Source: an uncultured Pseudomonadales bacterium (GTDB lineage Bacteria > Pseudomonadota > Gammaproteobacteria > Pseudomonadales > UBA7239). Taken from it: DNA of 64,000 bases. The translations under genes were made by a program, and so were the position numbers. The notes beneath the pieces were generated by a model. That model was not told where the DNA came from. It did no database searches and saw only the letters and a program-made list of their open reading frames with translations. The stretch is from assembly GCA_964509075.1 (NCBI GenBank), contig CAZDWC010000008.1, positions 33,331 through 97,330 of the forward strand. The letters are read 5' to 3'. Below are positions 42,696 to 54,887 of the stretch, piece by piece (position 1 is the first letter of the stretch; every line of letters begins with the position of its first letter).

Positions 42696-44131
42696 GCACC
42701 TGCCAGACGAAGACGACCGAGCGTCACTGCCAGTGAACCGACATTGCCAGCACCCTGCGTCACCACAATGTCTCCCGCTTGCAGCATCGGCGCCAGCAGC
42801 ACAGGCACTGCATCAATGCTTTCCGCAAATACCGGATCAACCTGACCGCGCTGGCGGATACTGCGCGCCAGTGCACGACTGTCGGCACCGGCGATAAAAG
42901 TCTCTCCCGCCGCGTAAACATCCAGCAGGATCAGCACATCCACTGTTGACAACACCTGTACGAAGTCTTCATACAGATCACGTGTACGTGTATAGCGATG
43001 CGGCTGGTAAATCATCACCAGTCGACGCTCCGGCCAGCCCTTGCGCACCGCTTTGATGACCGCCTCCACTTCGCGCGGATGATGGCCGTAATCATCCACC
43101 AGCATGGCCTTGCCATTGGCGACATCGTATTCGCCGTAAACCTGGAAACGTCGGCCAACACCCTGGAATTTTTCCAGCGCGCGCACAATGGCAGCATCGG
43201 CAATACCTTCATCCGTTGCCACCGCCACGGCTGCCGTGGCGTTCTGCACATTGTGCAGACCGGGCAAGTTGATGGTCAGCGCTAGCGGTGCGTGCTCCGG
43301 ACGTAGCACGGTAAACGTGCTTTTCATTTTGTCCTGCTGCACATCGACAATACGAAAATCGGCATCATCACTGAAACCGTAAGTAATGGTCGGCCTGCCA
43401 ATGTCGACAAGAATCTCGCGTACAGGTTTGTCATCAATGCAGACAACGGCAACACCATAAAACGGCAGGTTGTGCAGAAACTGCACGTAAGTCTGCTGCA
43501 GCTTGCGGAAATCACCGCCATAGGTTTCCAGGTGATCCGCGTCGATATTGGTTACCACGGACACCATGGGCTGCAAGTGCAGGAATGAGGCATCACTTTC
43601 ATCAGCTTCAGCTACCAGATAACGACTGGCACCCAGACCGGCATTGCTGCCCGAGCTATTCAACAAACCACCGATCACATAGGTGGGATCCAGACCACCT
43701 TCTGCCAACACCGAGGCAATAAGACTGGTGGTGGTAGTTTTTCCATGCGCACCGGCCACGGCAATGCCATGACGGTAGCGCATGATTTCAGCGAGCATTT
43801 CCGCGCGCCGCACAACGGGAATACGCAAATGACGCGCCGCCAGCAGTTCAGGATTTTGTGGATCAATGGCTGTTGATACAACAACGACATCGGCGCCGGC
43901 AATGTTTTCTGCCGAATGGCCAATGGCAACCGCTGCACCCAGACTGCGCAGCCGCGCGACAACCGCGCCCTCTCGCAAATCGGAACCGGAAATGACATAA
44001 CCCTGATTCAGCAGCACTTCGGCAATGCCACACATGCCCGCACCACCGATACCAATAAAATGAATGCGACGGATGCGGCGCATTTCGGGTATGGCTTGCT
44101 GCGAAATCGACAAAGGGCCGGCTTTAGGCAC
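42692..44131 (-). CDS. murC: UDP-N-acetylmuramate--L-alanine ligase
   Basis: [41 protein letters not shown]; GTG start 44131 inferred. Confidence 0.96.
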   Translation of the reverse strand: MPKAGPLSISQQAIPEMRRIRRIHFIGIGGAGMCGIAEVLLNQGYVISGSDLREGAVVARLRSLGAAVAIGHSAENIAGADVVVVSTAIDPQNPELLAARHLRIPVVRRAEMLAEIMRYRHGIAVAGAHGKTTTTSLIASVLAEGGLDPTYVIGGLLNSSGSNAGLGASRYLVAEADESDASFLHLQPMVSVVTNIDADHLETYGGDFRKLQQTYVQFLHNLPFYGVAVVCIDDKPVREILVDIGRPTITYGFSDDADFRIVDVQQDKMKSTFTVLRPEHAPLALTINLPGLHNVQNATAAVAVATDEGIADAAIVRALEKFQGVGRRFQVYGEYDVANGKAMLVDDYGHHPREVEAVIKAVRKGWPERRLVMIYQPHRYTRTRDLYEDFVQVLSTVDVLILLDVYAAGETFIAGADSRALARSIRQRGQVDPVFAESIDAVPVLLAPMLQAGDIVVTQGAGNVGSLAVTLGRLRLAGA

Positions 44132-45254
44132 GATGCGCCTCCTTCTGATGATTTTTTCTGCGCCCGGCTGCGAGCGCTTCACAAATATCGGCCACGCGTT
44201 CTGCCGCGCGTGGATTGGCAAGCTTGCGCATGGCAACCGCCATATCCTGCAGCGGCTGCGCTTTTTCAATCAGCTCTCGCAATTGCTGCGACAACAACTC
44301 TGCCGTCAACGTGGACTGCGGCAACAGACGCGCAGCGCCGGCCTGCACCAGCCATTGCGCATTTGCCGTTTGATGATCATCAATCGCATGCGGGAACGGC
44401 ACCAGCAATGCAGGTAATTGCGCACAAGTCAGCTCCGCCACCGTCATGGCTCCCGCGCGACACACCACCAGATCTGCCGCGCGATACACTGACGCCATGT
44501 TCTCGACGAATGGCTCAATGCGCGCATCCACACCACTTTCCGCATAAGCTGCGCGTGTTTCATCCAGCAAATTGCCACCAGCCTGATGAAAAACCTGCGG
44601 CCGCAAAACAGGCGCCAACAATGCAAGCGCTTGCGGTACCAGCAAATTCAAGGCGCGCGCACCCTGACTGCCGCCTAGCACCAACAGATGCAGCGACCTG
44701 TCGGTGACGCCGGTCATGCGTATGCCATCCGCCAGTTGCGCAATATCCGCGCGCACGGGATTACCCACACATTCCGCGCCGCGCAAAACATTCGGGAATG
44801 CCGACAACACGCGCGTTGCCAATCTGGTCAACAGGCGATTGGTCGTGCCAGCGATCGCATTTTGTTCATGAATAACCAATGGCACGCGCAACAGGAATGC
44901 CGACAGCCCGCCGGGCGCTGATGCAAATCCACCCATGCCCAGCACCACATCCGGTTTCACGCGGATGAAAATGCGCAGCGATTGCCACAGTGCTCGCAGC
45001 AAATGAAAAGGTGCAACCAGCAACTTGCGCAAGCCTTTGCCGCGCAATCCGACTGCAGAAATGCAGTTGAGCGGAATATCGCTCGCCGGCACGACACGCG
45101 CCTCTATGCCAACTTGCGTTCCCAGCCACTCGATGTGCCAGCCGCGCGCGCGCAGAATATTGGCCACCGCCAGCGCCGGAAAAACATGCCCACCGGTGCC
45201 ACCCGCCATAATCAGGGCGACCGGTTTTTTTACGGGTGTCATCTGCTGATTCAT
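44124..45254 (-). CDS. murG: Undecaprenyldiphospho-muramoylpentapeptide GlcNAc transferase
   Basis: [42 protein letters not shown]. Confidence 0.97.
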   Translation of the reverse strand: MNQQMTPVKKPVALIMAGGTGGHVFPALAVANILRARGWHIEWLGTQVGIEARVVPASDIPLNCISAVGLRGKGLRKLLVAPFHLLRALWQSLRIFIRVKPDVVLGMGGFASAPGGLSAFLLRVPLVIHEQNAIAGTTNRLLTRLATRVLSAFPNVLRGAECVGNPVRADIAQLADGIRMTGVTDRSLHLLVLGGSQGARALNLLVPQALALLAPVLRPQVFHQAGGNLLDETRAAYAESGVDARIEPFVENMASVYRAADLVVCRAGAMTVAELTCAQLPALLVPFPHAIDDHQTANAQWLVQAGAARLLPQSTLTAELLSQQLRELIEKAQPLQDMAVAMRKLANPRAAERVADICEALAAGRRKNHQKEAHRA

Positions 45255-46453
45255 GCCTGCACCTCATTTTTTGCCGGCACAAACCGATTTTCAAAACTGA
45301 GACGCAATACCATTGCCGACATGGCTGCACTGACCATGAGACTACTGCCGCCGTAACTGATAAAAGGCAGGGTCAAACCTTTGGTTGGCAGCAAACCGGA
45401 AGCAACACCCATGTTGATGAAAGCCTGGAATCCCACCAGCAGCGCCATGCCGGTTGCCACCAAAGCACCAAACTGCTCGTCGCGCGCAGCAGCAATCTGC
45501 GCAACATGGAACATGCGCCATATCATCACTGCAAACAGACCAACCACTACCACACAACCAGCCAGCCCTGATTCTTCCGCCCAGATACTGAAAACAAAAT
45601 CCGTGTGCGCCTCCGGCAAATAAAACAGTTTTTGTACGCTGTTACCCAGACCAACGCCCAGCCATTCACCTCGGCCAATTGCAATCAGTGATTGTGTGAG
45701 CTGATAACCACTGCCATACATCACCGCTTCGTCCCAGGGATTCACAAACGCCAACAAACGCGCCATGCGATACGACTCCGTCACCGCAAGAAACCCTGCG
45801 GCTCCCAGACATGCAGCCATCAACAGCAGAAAACGCACCAGCGGTGCACCAGCAAGAAACAGCAGTGCCATGGTTGACGCACCGATAACCACCGTCGCTC
45901 CGAAATCCGGCTCAGCCAGCAGCAAACCTGCTAGCGCACCCAACACCAGAAACGGTTTGCAGAATCCCCACATACTATTGCGCATGTCTTCACGGCGACG
46001 CACCAGATAACCGGAAAAGAAAACCATGCTCGCCCACTTAGCTATTTCCGAAACCTGTATGGTCATGAAGCCCAGCCCCACCCAACGCTGGCTGCCGTTG
46101 ACGCGCCGGCCGATACCCGGCACCAGCACCACAACCAACAGGACAATAGCGAAAGCGAGAAAATACCCATCAATGCGCCGCCAGCGAGAATAGGGCACTG
46201 TCAGCACAGCACCACCAGCTAGCAGCGACATCAACACATAAATACCGTGACGCTTGCTGAAATAAAATGCATCACCAGTTGTCTGGAATGCGTAATCGAT
46301 GGAGGCCGAACTCACCATCACCCACCCCAGACACAACATGGTCACTGTCGCCACCAGCAGCGGCATATCCATACACCACACAAGATTGCCACGGAAGTTT
46401 CCATGGATCGGATACGACGGTGCGCGCATGACCGGCAACATCGCAGCAGTCAT
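45251..46453 (-). CDS. ftsW: Peptidoglycan polymerase FtsW
   Basis: VNGSQRW, IQVSEIAK, EPDFG, GYQLTQSL, LPEAHTDF, TLPFISYGGSS. Confidence 0.95.
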   Translation of the reverse strand: MTAAMLPVMRAPSYPIHGNFRGNLVWCMDMPLLVATVTMLCLGWVMVSSASIDYAFQTTGDAFYFSKRHGIYVLMSLLAGGAVLTVPYSRWRRIDGYFLAFAIVLLVVVLVPGIGRRVNGSQRWVGLGFMTIQVSEIAKWASMVFFSGYLVRRREDMRNSMWGFCKPFLVLGALAGLLLAEPDFGATVVIGASTMALLFLAGAPLVRFLLLMAACLGAAGFLAVTESYRMARLLAFVNPWDEAVMYGSGYQLTQSLIAIGRGEWLGVGLGNSVQKLFYLPEAHTDFVFSIWAEESGLAGCVVVVGLFAVMIWRMFHVAQIAAARDEQFGALVATGMALLVGFQAFINMGVASGLLPTKGLTLPFISYGGSSLMVSAAMSAMVLRLSFENRFVPAKNEVQA

Positions 46454-47799
46454 GACAGCGCCTCCACTGCTGCACAAAACTGTCTGCCTCTGTCATCGTA
46501 ACCGTTGAACATGTCGAAACTGGCACAGGCGGGAGACAACAACACTACATCGCCCGCAACTGCTGCTGACGCAGCCTGCTTGACAGCCTCCGACATTGAA
46601 GCTGCATTGACTTGCGCAACACCGCTGCATGCAGCAGCAATCAGCGCAGCATCACGCCCGATCAACACCAGCAACTTTACGTGTGCATTCACCGTTGGCA
46701 TGAGTTGTGAAAAGTCTGCACCCTTGCCTTCACCACCAGCAATCAGCACGATATTTTTTTGCTGCCCGGCAGCCAATCCTTCAATCGCGGCGAGGGTAGC
46801 GCCAACATTAGTGCCTTTGGAATCATTGTAGAAACGCACACCCTGTTTCTCTGCAACCCACTGGCAACGGTGCGCAAGCCCACTGAAATGGCGAACAGCA
46901 TCGGCACATTTTTCCAGATCCCAGTCAGCCGCTGCCGCCAGTGCAAACGCAGCAGCGACATTGGCAAGGTTGTGTTTACCAGCAATACGGATATCTGCAA
47001 CGCGCATCAAGGACACGTCTGCGCCCAGCATCAGCCACGGCTCACCGTTCAAAACGTCAACCCCGATGTCATGGTCATTTTTGGCAACATCTATACCAAA
47101 GGACCAGATCTTTCCTTTGGGTAGTGACTGCGAAGAGGTTGCAGCATCCGCGCGGTTACAGACGACATTTTCTGCATGCCGGTATATCACCTGCTTCACT
47201 GCGGCATAGTCAGCAACACCTTCATAACGATCGAGATGATCATCACTGATATTCAACACCGTTGCAGCAAGCGCCCGAAGACCTTGTGTCGTTTCCAACT
47301 GAAAACTCGACAACTCCAGCACATAGCAATCTGTCTGCGCATCGTCCGCCAGCATATCCAGCACCGGCGTGCCCAGATTGCCACCTACGCCCGCACGCAG
47401 TCCGCAGGCTTTTGCCATGTCGCCAACCAGCGTCGTCACCGTGCTTTTCGCATTCGAACCGGTAATGGCAATGATCGGCTTGTGCGTAGCGCGCACGAAC
47501 AACTCGATATCACCCACCAGGGACACACCAGCCTCACCGGCTGCACGCAATGCAGATTCGCGAACCGAAACACCCGGGCTGACAATAATTTCACTGGCAT
47601 CGCTCAACATGCCCGCATCCAGCGGACCGCAGAGAAAATCCACACCGGGAAACTCGCCCTGCATCACGCTTAATTGCGGCGGATCGTGCCGGGTATCACA
47701 CCAGACAAACGACTCGCCCTGCGTCCGCAAAAAACGCGCACAGGACAGGCCGGTTTTGCCCATCCCGATAATTGCGCGCTTTTTTACTGACTGCACCAT
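46450..47799 (-). CDS. murD: UDP-MurNAc-L-Ala--D-glutamate ligase
   Basis: ITGSNAKSTVT, LELSSFQLE, YNDSKGTN, LSPACASFDMF. Confidence 0.96.
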   Translation of the reverse strand: MVQSVKKRAIIGMGKTGLSCARFLRTQGESFVWCDTRHDPPQLSVMQGEFPGVDFLCGPLDAGMLSDASEIIVSPGVSVRESALRAAGEAGVSLVGDIELFVRATHKPIIAITGSNAKSTVTTLVGDMAKACGLRAGVGGNLGTPVLDMLADDAQTDCYVLELSSFQLETTQGLRALAATVLNISDDHLDRYEGVADYAAVKQVIYRHAENVVCNRADAATSSQSLPKGKIWSFGIDVAKNDHDIGVDVLNGEPWLMLGADVSLMRVADIRIAGKHNLANVAAAFALAAAADWDLEKCADAVRHFSGLAHRCQWVAEKQGVRFYNDSKGTNVGATLAAIEGLAAGQQKNIVLIAGGEGKGADFSQLMPTVNAHVKLLVLIGRDAALIAAACSGVAQVNAASMSEAVKQAASAAVAGDVVLLSPACASFDMFNGYDDRGRQFCAAVEALS

Positions 47800-47807
47800 T
47801 GCGAATC

Positions 47808-48890
47808 CTAACGAAGTTTGAGCGTTGCCAACCCGATCAACACCAGAATGACGGTGATGATCCAGAAGCGCACGATAACGCGCGGCTCCGGCCAGCCCTT
47901 CAATTCAAAGTGATGATGAATAGGCGCCATACGGAAAATGCGCTTTCCAGTCAGCTTGAAGGAAGCCACCTGCAAGATCACCGAAACAGTTTCCATCACG
48001 AACACACCACTCATGATGAAAAACACAATCTCATGGCGAACAATGACCGCTATCAGACCCAAAGCTGCGCCGAGAGCCAGCGCGCCGACATCGCCCATGA
48101 AAACCTGTGCCGGGTAGGTGTTGAACCAGAGAAAACCCAGACCTGCGCCGATGAACGCCGCACAGAAAACCATCAACTCACCGCTGCCGGGCACATAAGG
48201 AATATTGAGGTAACTGGCAAATTTCACGTTGCCCGTCAGATACGCGATAACTGCCAGCGCCGCAGCAATCATCACCGAAGGCATGATGGCCAGACCATCC
48301 AGTCCATCCGTCAGGTTCACGGCGTTACTGGAACCGACAATCACAAAGTAGACCAGCGGCACATACAGCCAGCCGAGATTGATCATGACATCCTTGAAAA
48401 AAGGCACATACAACTGCAATTCCACCGGGCTCACGGCAGACTTGTAGAGAAACCATGCCGCACCAAGCCCGAACACTGACTGCCAGAAATATTTCCAGCG
48501 CGACGGCAGACCGCGTGAATTCTTTTCCACCACCTTGCGCCAGTCATCCACCCAGCCAACCGCAGCGAACAGAATGGTTGTCAGCAACACCACCCAGATA
48601 TAGCGACTGTCCAGCCTTGCCCACAGCAAGGTACTTGCACAAATGGACAGCAGGATCAGCACGCCACCCATAGTCGGTGTGCCGGATTTGCCGAGATGCG
48701 ACTGCGGGCCATCCGTGCGCACGGATTGGCCGATTTTCAAACGCTGCAGATAGGCAATCACGCCTGGCCCCAGCCACAGCGACACAGTAAGCGCTGTCAG
48801 CACACTCATGATGGCGCGAAACGTCAGGTAGTTCACTACACCGAAAGCACTGTGGTATTCGGCAAGATATTTTGCCAACCAGATCAACAT
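47808..48890 (-). CDS. mraY: Phospho-MurNAc-pentapeptide transferase
   Basis: [32 protein letters not shown]. Confidence 0.98.
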   Translation of the reverse strand: MLIWLAKYLAEYHSAFGVVNYLTFRAIMSVLTALTVSLWLGPGVIAYLQRLKIGQSVRTDGPQSHLGKSGTPTMGGVLILLSICASTLLWARLDSRYIWVVLLTTILFAAVGWVDDWRKVVEKNSRGLPSRWKYFWQSVFGLGAAWFLYKSAVSPVELQLYVPFFKDVMINLGWLYVPLVYFVIVGSSNAVNLTDGLDGLAIMPSVMIAAALAVIAYLTGNVKFASYLNIPYVPGSGELMVFCAAFIGAGLGFLWFNTYPAQVFMGDVGALALGAALGLIAVIVRHEIVFFIMSGVFVMETVSVILQVASFKLTGKRIFRMAPIHHHFELKGWPEPRVIVRFWIITVILVLIGLATLKLR

Positions 48891-50266
48891 GTTTTTTTCT
48901 CCGGATTGCCTGTTTCAGCTTCCAGCAAAACCTGCACAACACGCTCCATGCCAGTGCTGCGTGAGCCCTTCACGAGAAACACTGCCTGCGCATTTGCGAA
49001 GTGACGACAATGTGCTGCCAGCTCTTCCCAATCGGAAAAATGCCGGGCACCTGAACCAAAACCTTCTACAGTTGCCCGTGACAGCACACCAACCGCAAAC
49101 AGATTTTGCAAACCTGCGCGTTTGGCATAAATACCAATTTCACGATGACGATTTTCCGCATCACCACCCAGCTCGCCCATATCACCGAGCACCAGATACT
49201 TCTCACCACTGGCGTTGAGCAAGGTGTTGATAGCCATTTGCACGGATGCAGGATTGGCGTTGTAGGTATCATCAATGACACGACAACCATGCACGCCGGT
49301 CTTGATCTGCAATCGTCCCTTGTAGGGGCGAGCCTGCTGCAGACCCGCAACAACATCGTCAAAACCGACCCCTGCTGCAAGGCAGCACGCTGCTGCTGCA
49401 ACTGCATTGCCTACATTGTGTTCGCCGAGGAATGCCAACTCGAGATCAGCTTCGCGTTCACCGGCATGCAACCGGAATTGCATGCCTTGTCCAGAATGCA
49501 CAATATTGCTGCCATAGACATCGGCAACTGTGCGCGCTGAACAGCACAGTACGCTGTGTCGATTCGACAAGACACCGCGATATGCAGCTGTATAGATATT
49601 ATCGAGATTGATAACAGCAACACCTTTAGGTGACAACCCGTCAAAAATTTCTGCTTTGCCCTGCGCAACATTCTCAATACTGCCAAAGCCTTCGATATGC
49701 GCTGCAGCCACATTGGTGACCAGTGCCACATCCGGCTTCACCAGCCCCGTCAGATAACGGATTTCTCCCAGCGCACTCGCGCCCATTTCAACTACTGCGC
49801 AGTCGTGTTCTGCAGCGAGACGCAACAAGGTCAAGGGCACGCCGAGGTGATTGTTGAGATTACCTTCCGTCACCAGCGGTCTGCCACTTTGCGACAGGAT
49901 TGCAGCAATCATTTCCTTGGTGGTTGTCTTGCCGGCACTCCCCGTAAGCCCGATGACGCGACCTGAAAACAATTGGCGGTTGAGTGTTGCGACAATACCC
50001 AATGCCTGCACCGCATCGGCAACCTGCAACTGAGGCAAAGGCACGTCAGGATTGATACGCTCAACCAGTGCAGCAGCAACACCTGCCGCATGCACGTCCG
50101 CCAGAAAATCATGTCCGTCAAAACGCTCACCGCGTATTGCCACAAACAGATCGCCCGCATTCGCCTTGCGACTGTCGATCGACACAGCGCCACAATGCAC
50201 GTCCGCCTGCTGCCAGACCGCACCACAGGCTTCCGCAATTTCCCGTAATGACAGCGCCCGCATCAT
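48884..50266 (-). CDS. murF: UDP-MurNAc-tripeptide--D-Ala-D-Ala ligase
   Basis: [44 protein letters not shown]. Confidence 0.96.
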   Translation of the reverse strand: MMRALSLREIAEACGAVWQQADVHCGAVSIDSRKANAGDLFVAIRGERFDGHDFLADVHAAGVAAALVERINPDVPLPQLQVADAVQALGIVATLNRQLFSGRVIGLTGSAGKTTTKEMIAAILSQSGRPLVTEGNLNNHLGVPLTLLRLAAEHDCAVVEMGASALGEIRYLTGLVKPDVALVTNVAAAHIEGFGSIENVAQGKAEIFDGLSPKGVAVINLDNIYTAAYRGVLSNRHSVLCCSARTVADVYGSNIVHSGQGMQFRLHAGEREADLELAFLGEHNVGNAVAAAACCLAAGVGFDDVVAGLQQARPYKGRLQIKTGVHGCRVIDDTYNANPASVQMAINTLLNASGEKYLVLGDMGELGGDAENRHREIGIYAKRAGLQNLFAVGVLSRATVEGFGSGARHFSDWEELAAHCRHFANAQAVFLVKGSRSTGMERVVQVLLEAETGNPEKKTC

Positions 50267-51753
50267 GACGGCATTCCCGATAATTGCGCAGCATCACGAC
50301 GTCGCTGCAAAGCTTGCTGCGCGCATAGCACATCCGAAAAAGGCTGCCGCACACCGGCAATCTCCTGATACTCCTCGTGACCCTTGCCTGCCAGCAGCAC
50401 AACATCACCAGCATGCGCGGCAACAATTGCCATATTGATGGCTTCAGCACGATCTACAACAACCTGGTGACGGTCACGCCACTGAAAACCGGCAACGATA
50501 TCACCAATAATTTTTTGCGGCGCTTCATGACGCGGATTATCGGAAGTGACCACCACAGCATCCGCCAATGCCTCTGCCGCTGTTGCCATTTGCGGACGTT
50601 TACCGCTGTCGCGGTCACCACCACAACCAAACACGCAATACAGCTTGCCTTTGCATTGCTCACGCAGAGCCGTGAGAATTTTTTCCAGCGCATCTGGCGT
50701 GTGCGCGTAATCCACGACCACGAGAATATCATCACTATCACTGCTTACCATTTGCGTGCGTCCCGGCACGGCCTGCAACTGTTCCATTGCCCCCAGAACA
50801 GAATGCAGACTCATGCCGTGAGCACACAGGGTGCCAACCACTGCCAATACATTGAGCAGGTTATATCCCCCCGGAAACCTGCTCTGCAGTGCACCCTTCC
50901 CCCAGGGCGTACGGATACTGGCGGCAATACCTCGCCCAGTTACCTCGCAACGCTCCACTCCGAGATCGGCTGTTTGATCATGTATTGCATAAGACAGCAA
51001 CTGCACGCCGCTACGCTCAACACGTTCACACAATACTTTTCCAAATGCATCATCGCGATTGATGACAGCTATTTTCAATTCTTCACGCTCGAACAGCCGC
51101 GCCTTGGCCGCCGCGTAATTGTCCATGTCACCGTGATAATCCAGATGATCGCGCGACAGGTTGGTAAATACGGCAGTATCAAAAACAATGGCGTCGACGC
51201 GCCCCTGATCGAGGGCATGCGAGGATACTTCCATCATTACTGCTTGCGCGCCCTGCTCATACAAAGCTGCCAGCAACCGATGATTGCTGAGCACATCCGC
51301 CGTTGTCAGGCCTGTTTGCGACACAGCCTCGTCGCCCATCAACCCACAACCCAGCGTACCCATAAAACCTGCCGGCCCTGCCAGTTGTCGCCAGGCCTGC
51401 GCCAACCAGTGACTGCACGACGTTTTACCATTGGTTCCTGTCACACCGACTACTTTGCATTTCTCAGATGGGGATCCATAGAAACGGTGCGCGATTGCAC
51501 CCAGATCGGCACGCAAATTATTTACCGTCACCACTGGAACTGTCAGATCGGTTACAGCACTGCGCTGCCGCTCATCCACCACTACCGCTGCAGCACCGCG
51601 CGCACAGGCTTCGGCAACATGCTGCTGCAGATTTTCCGAAAGCGCAAAAAAAACATCGCCCGCTTCAACACAACGGCTGTCCAGACGCAGATCGCGCACA
51701 GAAACATCCGCTACATTGCCGCCAAATGCCATGCACAGGGAACGCACCGTCAT
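50263..51753 (-). CDS. murE: UDP-MurNAc-dipeptide--meso-DAP ligase
   Basis: VTGTNGKTS, MEVSSH, TNLSRDHLDYH, DYAHTPDAL, DNPR, AGKGHE. Confidence 0.96.
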   Translation of the reverse strand: MTVRSLCMAFGGNVADVSVRDLRLDSRCVEAGDVFFALSENLQQHVAEACARGAAAVVVDERQRSAVTDLTVPVVTVNNLRADLGAIAHRFYGSPSEKCKVVGVTGTNGKTSCSHWLAQAWRQLAGPAGFMGTLGCGLMGDEAVSQTGLTTADVLSNHRLLAALYEQGAQAVMMEVSSHALDQGRVDAIVFDTAVFTNLSRDHLDYHGDMDNYAAAKARLFEREELKIAVINRDDAFGKVLCERVERSGVQLLSYAIHDQTADLGVERCEVTGRGIAASIRTPWGKGALQSRFPGGYNLLNVLAVVGTLCAHGMSLHSVLGAMEQLQAVPGRTQMVSSDSDDILVVVDYAHTPDALEKILTALREQCKGKLYCVFGCGGDRDSGKRPQMATAAEALADAVVVTSDNPRHEAPQKIIGDIVAGFQWRDRHQVVVDRAEAINMAIVAAHAGDVVLLAGKGHEEYQEIAGVRQPFSDVLCAQQALQRRRDAAQLSGMPS

Positions 51754-53621
51754 GCCGCCCTCCCTTGCACAACAGGCTTTTCTGCCTGCACAGTCTTGCC
51801 ATTGTTCTGCGGCTGTGGATTTTTCTGGCCTGCCGCAGCGGGAACCGCTGTTGCGGGCTGCAAATCATCAGGTACTACACCCATCAATTGCAGAACACCC
51901 TGCATCAATTGCGCAAATACTGGCGCCGCCACTTCACCACCGTAGTATTTTCCTGCGTGCGGTTCGTCGATCATGACCGCGATGACGTAGCGTGGATCAC
52001 TGACCGGCGCCAGACCGGCAAACATCGCCATGTAACGATCAGGTTCGTAACCGTTGGCTCCCAATTTATGCACTGTTCCGGTTTTTCCTGCCACCCGGAA
52101 CGACGGCACGCGCGCGCGTGTGCCGGTACCGCCCGGTTGCGTAACCGCTTCCATCATCGGCAGAATCTGGCTGACAATCTCGGCAGACAGCACCTGCTCG
52201 GCAGACTTCGGCTCATCCTGACGCAATAGCGACGGCTGCTTGCGCACACCGTAATTTGCAAAAACACTATAAGCTTCCGCGAGCTGCAGCGTAGTCACCG
52301 ACACACCATGACCAAACGCCAACGTAGCGCGGTCCAGATCACGCCAGCGCTGATAACTGGGCAGCACACCGGCGCTCTCGCCAGGAAAGCCGCTACCGCT
52401 CAGCTGGCCCAATCCAAAACGATGAAACATGTTGCGCACGGCATTGGGTTCCAGCGACAGTGCAATTTTCACAGTGCCAACCTGGCTGGATTTGGCGATG
52501 ACGCGTGTCAGGTCAATGACGCCATAATTATTGTGATCCTTCAAAACCTTGTCTTGTACGACGATGGATCCAGGATTGGTATCAATCTGCATCTCGGGTC
52601 GCCACTTGCCACTTTCCAGCGCTGCCGACATTGTCAGCAACTTCATGGTTGAACCCGGCTCGAAAACATCGACAAGTGCACGGTTGCGCATCTGCGCAGG
52701 TTTGACGCCAACACGATTATTCGGATTGAATGTTGGCGAATTGACCATCGCCAGCACTTCTCCGGTTTGCACATCCAGCACAACGGCTGAGCCACCAATT
52801 GCCTGAAATTCCGTAACAATATTTTTCAAGATCGTGTGTGCAAAATACTGGACGCGTAAATCAATGCTGAGCGCCAGATCCATGCCATTCTGTTCCGGCC
52901 TCACCATGCCGAGATCCTTGACGGTGCGACCCTTCAAGTCCTTGACCACGCGCTTTTTGCCTTCACGTCCTTTCAGCCAGCTGTCATAGGCCAGCTCAAT
53001 ACCTTCCTGTCCGCTGTCGTCAATATTGTTGAAACCGACAACATGGGCTGTCACTTCGCCTGCGGGATAAAAACGCTTGTACTCACGCAGCGCGAATACG
53101 CCCTCCACCTTGCTGGCCATGATGCGCTCGGCTTCTGCCGGAGCGATCTGGCGTTTCAGATACATGAATTCCTTGCCGGCATACTGCGCCATTTTTTCCT
53201 GCAGTTCCTTGTCACTCCACGCCATCAGCCTGCCAACTGACCGCCAGTTATCGACATCACTGCCGAGCACTTCGGGATTTGCCCACAGCGTCACTACCGG
53301 CGTGCTTACAGCCAGCGGCTCACCATTGCGATCAGTAATCATGCCGCGATGCGCAGGAATTCCCTCTGTGCGCACAGTACGTGCGTCGCCCTGTTTTTCC
53401 AGAAATGCGTGGCCGCCCAGCACCTGATGATCGGCAATACGCCAGACCAACAGCGCAGCCAGCATCACCATGAATCCACCAATTACCTTGAAACGCCAGA
53501 CAGCAACACCGAGACCATTAACCTGCAGGGCACCGCGGTTTTTCTGCGGCGCGCCTTTAAGGCTTTCAGGCAGCATCCCTGCCGCATTGTCTTTCACAGA
53601 CTTGCCATCAGACCTTGCCAT
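51750..53621 (-). CDS. ftsI: Peptidoglycan transpeptidase FtsI (PBP3)
   Basis: RGMITDRNG, FEPGSTMK (SxxK), KSSQVG, AGKTGT; start MARSDG at 53621. Confidence 0.95.
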   Translation of the reverse strand: MARSDGKSVKDNAAGMLPESLKGAPQKNRGALQVNGLGVAVWRFKVIGGFMVMLAALLVWRIADHQVLGGHAFLEKQGDARTVRTEGIPAHRGMITDRNGEPLAVSTPVVTLWANPEVLGSDVDNWRSVGRLMAWSDKELQEKMAQYAGKEFMYLKRQIAPAEAERIMASKVEGVFALREYKRFYPAGEVTAHVVGFNNIDDSGQEGIELAYDSWLKGREGKKRVVKDLKGRTVKDLGMVRPEQNGMDLALSIDLRVQYFAHTILKNIVTEFQAIGGSAVVLDVQTGEVLAMVNSPTFNPNNRVGVKPAQMRNRALVDVFEPGSTMKLLTMSAALESGKWRPEMQIDTNPGSIVVQDKVLKDHNNYGVIDLTRVIAKSSQVGTVKIALSLEPNAVRNMFHRFGLGQLSGSGFPGESAGVLPSYQRWRDLDRATLAFGHGVSVTTLQLAEAYSVFANYGVRKQPSLLRQDEPKSAEQVLSAEIVSQILPMMEAVTQPGGTGTRARVPSFRVAGKTGTVHKLGANGYEPDRYMAMFAGLAPVSDPRYVIAVMIDEPHAGKYYGGEVAAPVFAQLMQGVLQLMGVVPDDLQPATAVPAAAGQKNPQPQNNGKTVQAEKPVVQGRAA

Positions 53622-53932
53622 CAGCGCACCTTGACGATGATTGTCTGGTCTGGCTGCGGCGGCTGCATATCCAGTGCCTGCCGTGCAATCTCGTGTACGC
53701 GACCATAACCGGCCCACGTACTCTTCTCGACCAGGTACTGCCCCCACAGCACCTGCATATCGCGCGCATCTGCTTGTAGGGATTCCAGTTCACCGAGATG
53801 GCGACGACTTTCAAACGTGGTGATCACCACACCGAGCGCAGTTCCCATCACCGACAACAGCAGCAAGACAAAGCAGAACAGCACGAAAGCACTGGTTTCC
53901 GGCATTTTTGATGGCTGCGACATGTCACTCAT
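53621..53932 (-). CDS. ftsL: Cell division protein FtsL
   Basis: TM helix, coiled coil, WGQYLVEKSTW, ALDMQPP; between rsmH and ftsI. Confidence 0.88.
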   Translation of the reverse strand: MSDMSQPSKMPETSAFVLFCFVLLLLSVMGTALGVVITTFESRRHLGELESLQADARDMQVLWGQYLVEKSTWAGYGRVHEIARQALDMQPPQPDQTIIVKVR

Positions 53933-54879
53933 CTAGCCACACCCGCAGCTGGCAATTTTTCCGCCACACGCAAAACAGCGCTGCGCGCACGCGGATTGAC
54001 AGCCAGTTCGTCATCGCCCGGTTTTATCGCCTTGCCAATCAACCGCAAGGTCTGCCCCTCGGGAGCGCCGGTAACCGGAATATGGCGCGGCAAAACGCGT
54101 CCGCGACTCTGATCGCGCATGAAGTTCTTGACGATGCGATCTTCCAGCGAATGGAAACTGATCACCGCCAGACGACCGCCGACTGCCAAAACATCAATCG
54201 TGTCAGCCAATGCCGCCTGCAACTCACCCAATTCATCGTTGATATGAATGCGAATGGCCTGAAAAACCCGTGTCGCAGGATGCTTGTGTTTTTCCCAAGC
54301 AGGATTGGCCGCGCTCACCACCTCGGCCAGTTGCACGGTGCGCACAAACGGCTGCTCGACACGCGCAGCAGCGATTGCCTGCGCAATGCGTTTTGCGTGA
54401 CGCTCTTCGCCGTAGTTGCGAAATACACCCGTCATGTCTTCAACCGATGCGCTGTTGATCCACTGCGCAGCACTGATGCCGGCTTCAGGATTCATGCGCA
54501 TGTCAAGCGGACCATCGTTCATAAAACTGAAACCACGCCCGGCATCATCCAGCTGCGGCGACGACACGCCGATATCCAGCAATATTCCGTCGACCTTTCC
54601 GCACCAGCCTTTTGCATGCGCAACGCTGCGCAGATTCGCAAAATTGCTCTGAACAATTTCAAAACGCTCATCTTGTGCATGCTGCGCACGAGCGTGGGCA
54701 ACCGCCACCGGATCACGATCCAGCGCCAGCAACTTTCCGCCGGGTGACAAGCGCTGAAGCAGCGCACTGCTGTGCCCGCCACGCCCGTATGTGCCATCCA
54801 TGTAGATACCATCAGCGTTCTGCATCAGTGCATCCACCGCTTCGCGCAACAAAACGGCTGTGTGGGTGAAGCCAGTCAT
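53929..54879 (-). CDS. rsmH: 16S rRNA m4C1402 methyltransferase
   Basis: HTAVLL, DGTYGRGGHS, DIGVSSPQLD, FHSLEDRIVK, NPRARSA. Confidence 0.97.
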   Translation of the reverse strand: MTGFTHTAVLLREAVDALMQNADGIYMDGTYGRGGHSSALLQRLSPGGKLLALDRDPVAVAHARAQHAQDERFEIVQSNFANLRSVAHAKGWCGKVDGILLDIGVSSPQLDDAGRGFSFMNDGPLDMRMNPEAGISAAQWINSASVEDMTGVFRNYGEERHAKRIAQAIAAARVEQPFVRTVQLAEVVSAANPAWEKHKHPATRVFQAIRIHINDELGELQAALADTIDVLAVGGRLAVISFHSLEDRIVKNFMRDQSRGRVLPRHIPVTGAPEGQTLRLIGKAIKPGDDELAVNPRARSAVLRVAEKLPAAGVAR

Positions 54880-54887
54880 GACATCAC

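Noticed and set aside
50377-51945. 522-aa plus-strand ORF
   Set aside because: Antisense to murE/ftsI with no motifs or RBS; treated as a shadow ORF, though its length is notable.
53598-53625. Short direct repeat CTTGCCATCAG at the ftsL/ftsI junction
   Set aside because: Two 11-nt copies within coding sequence; compatible with chance or a small local duplication.
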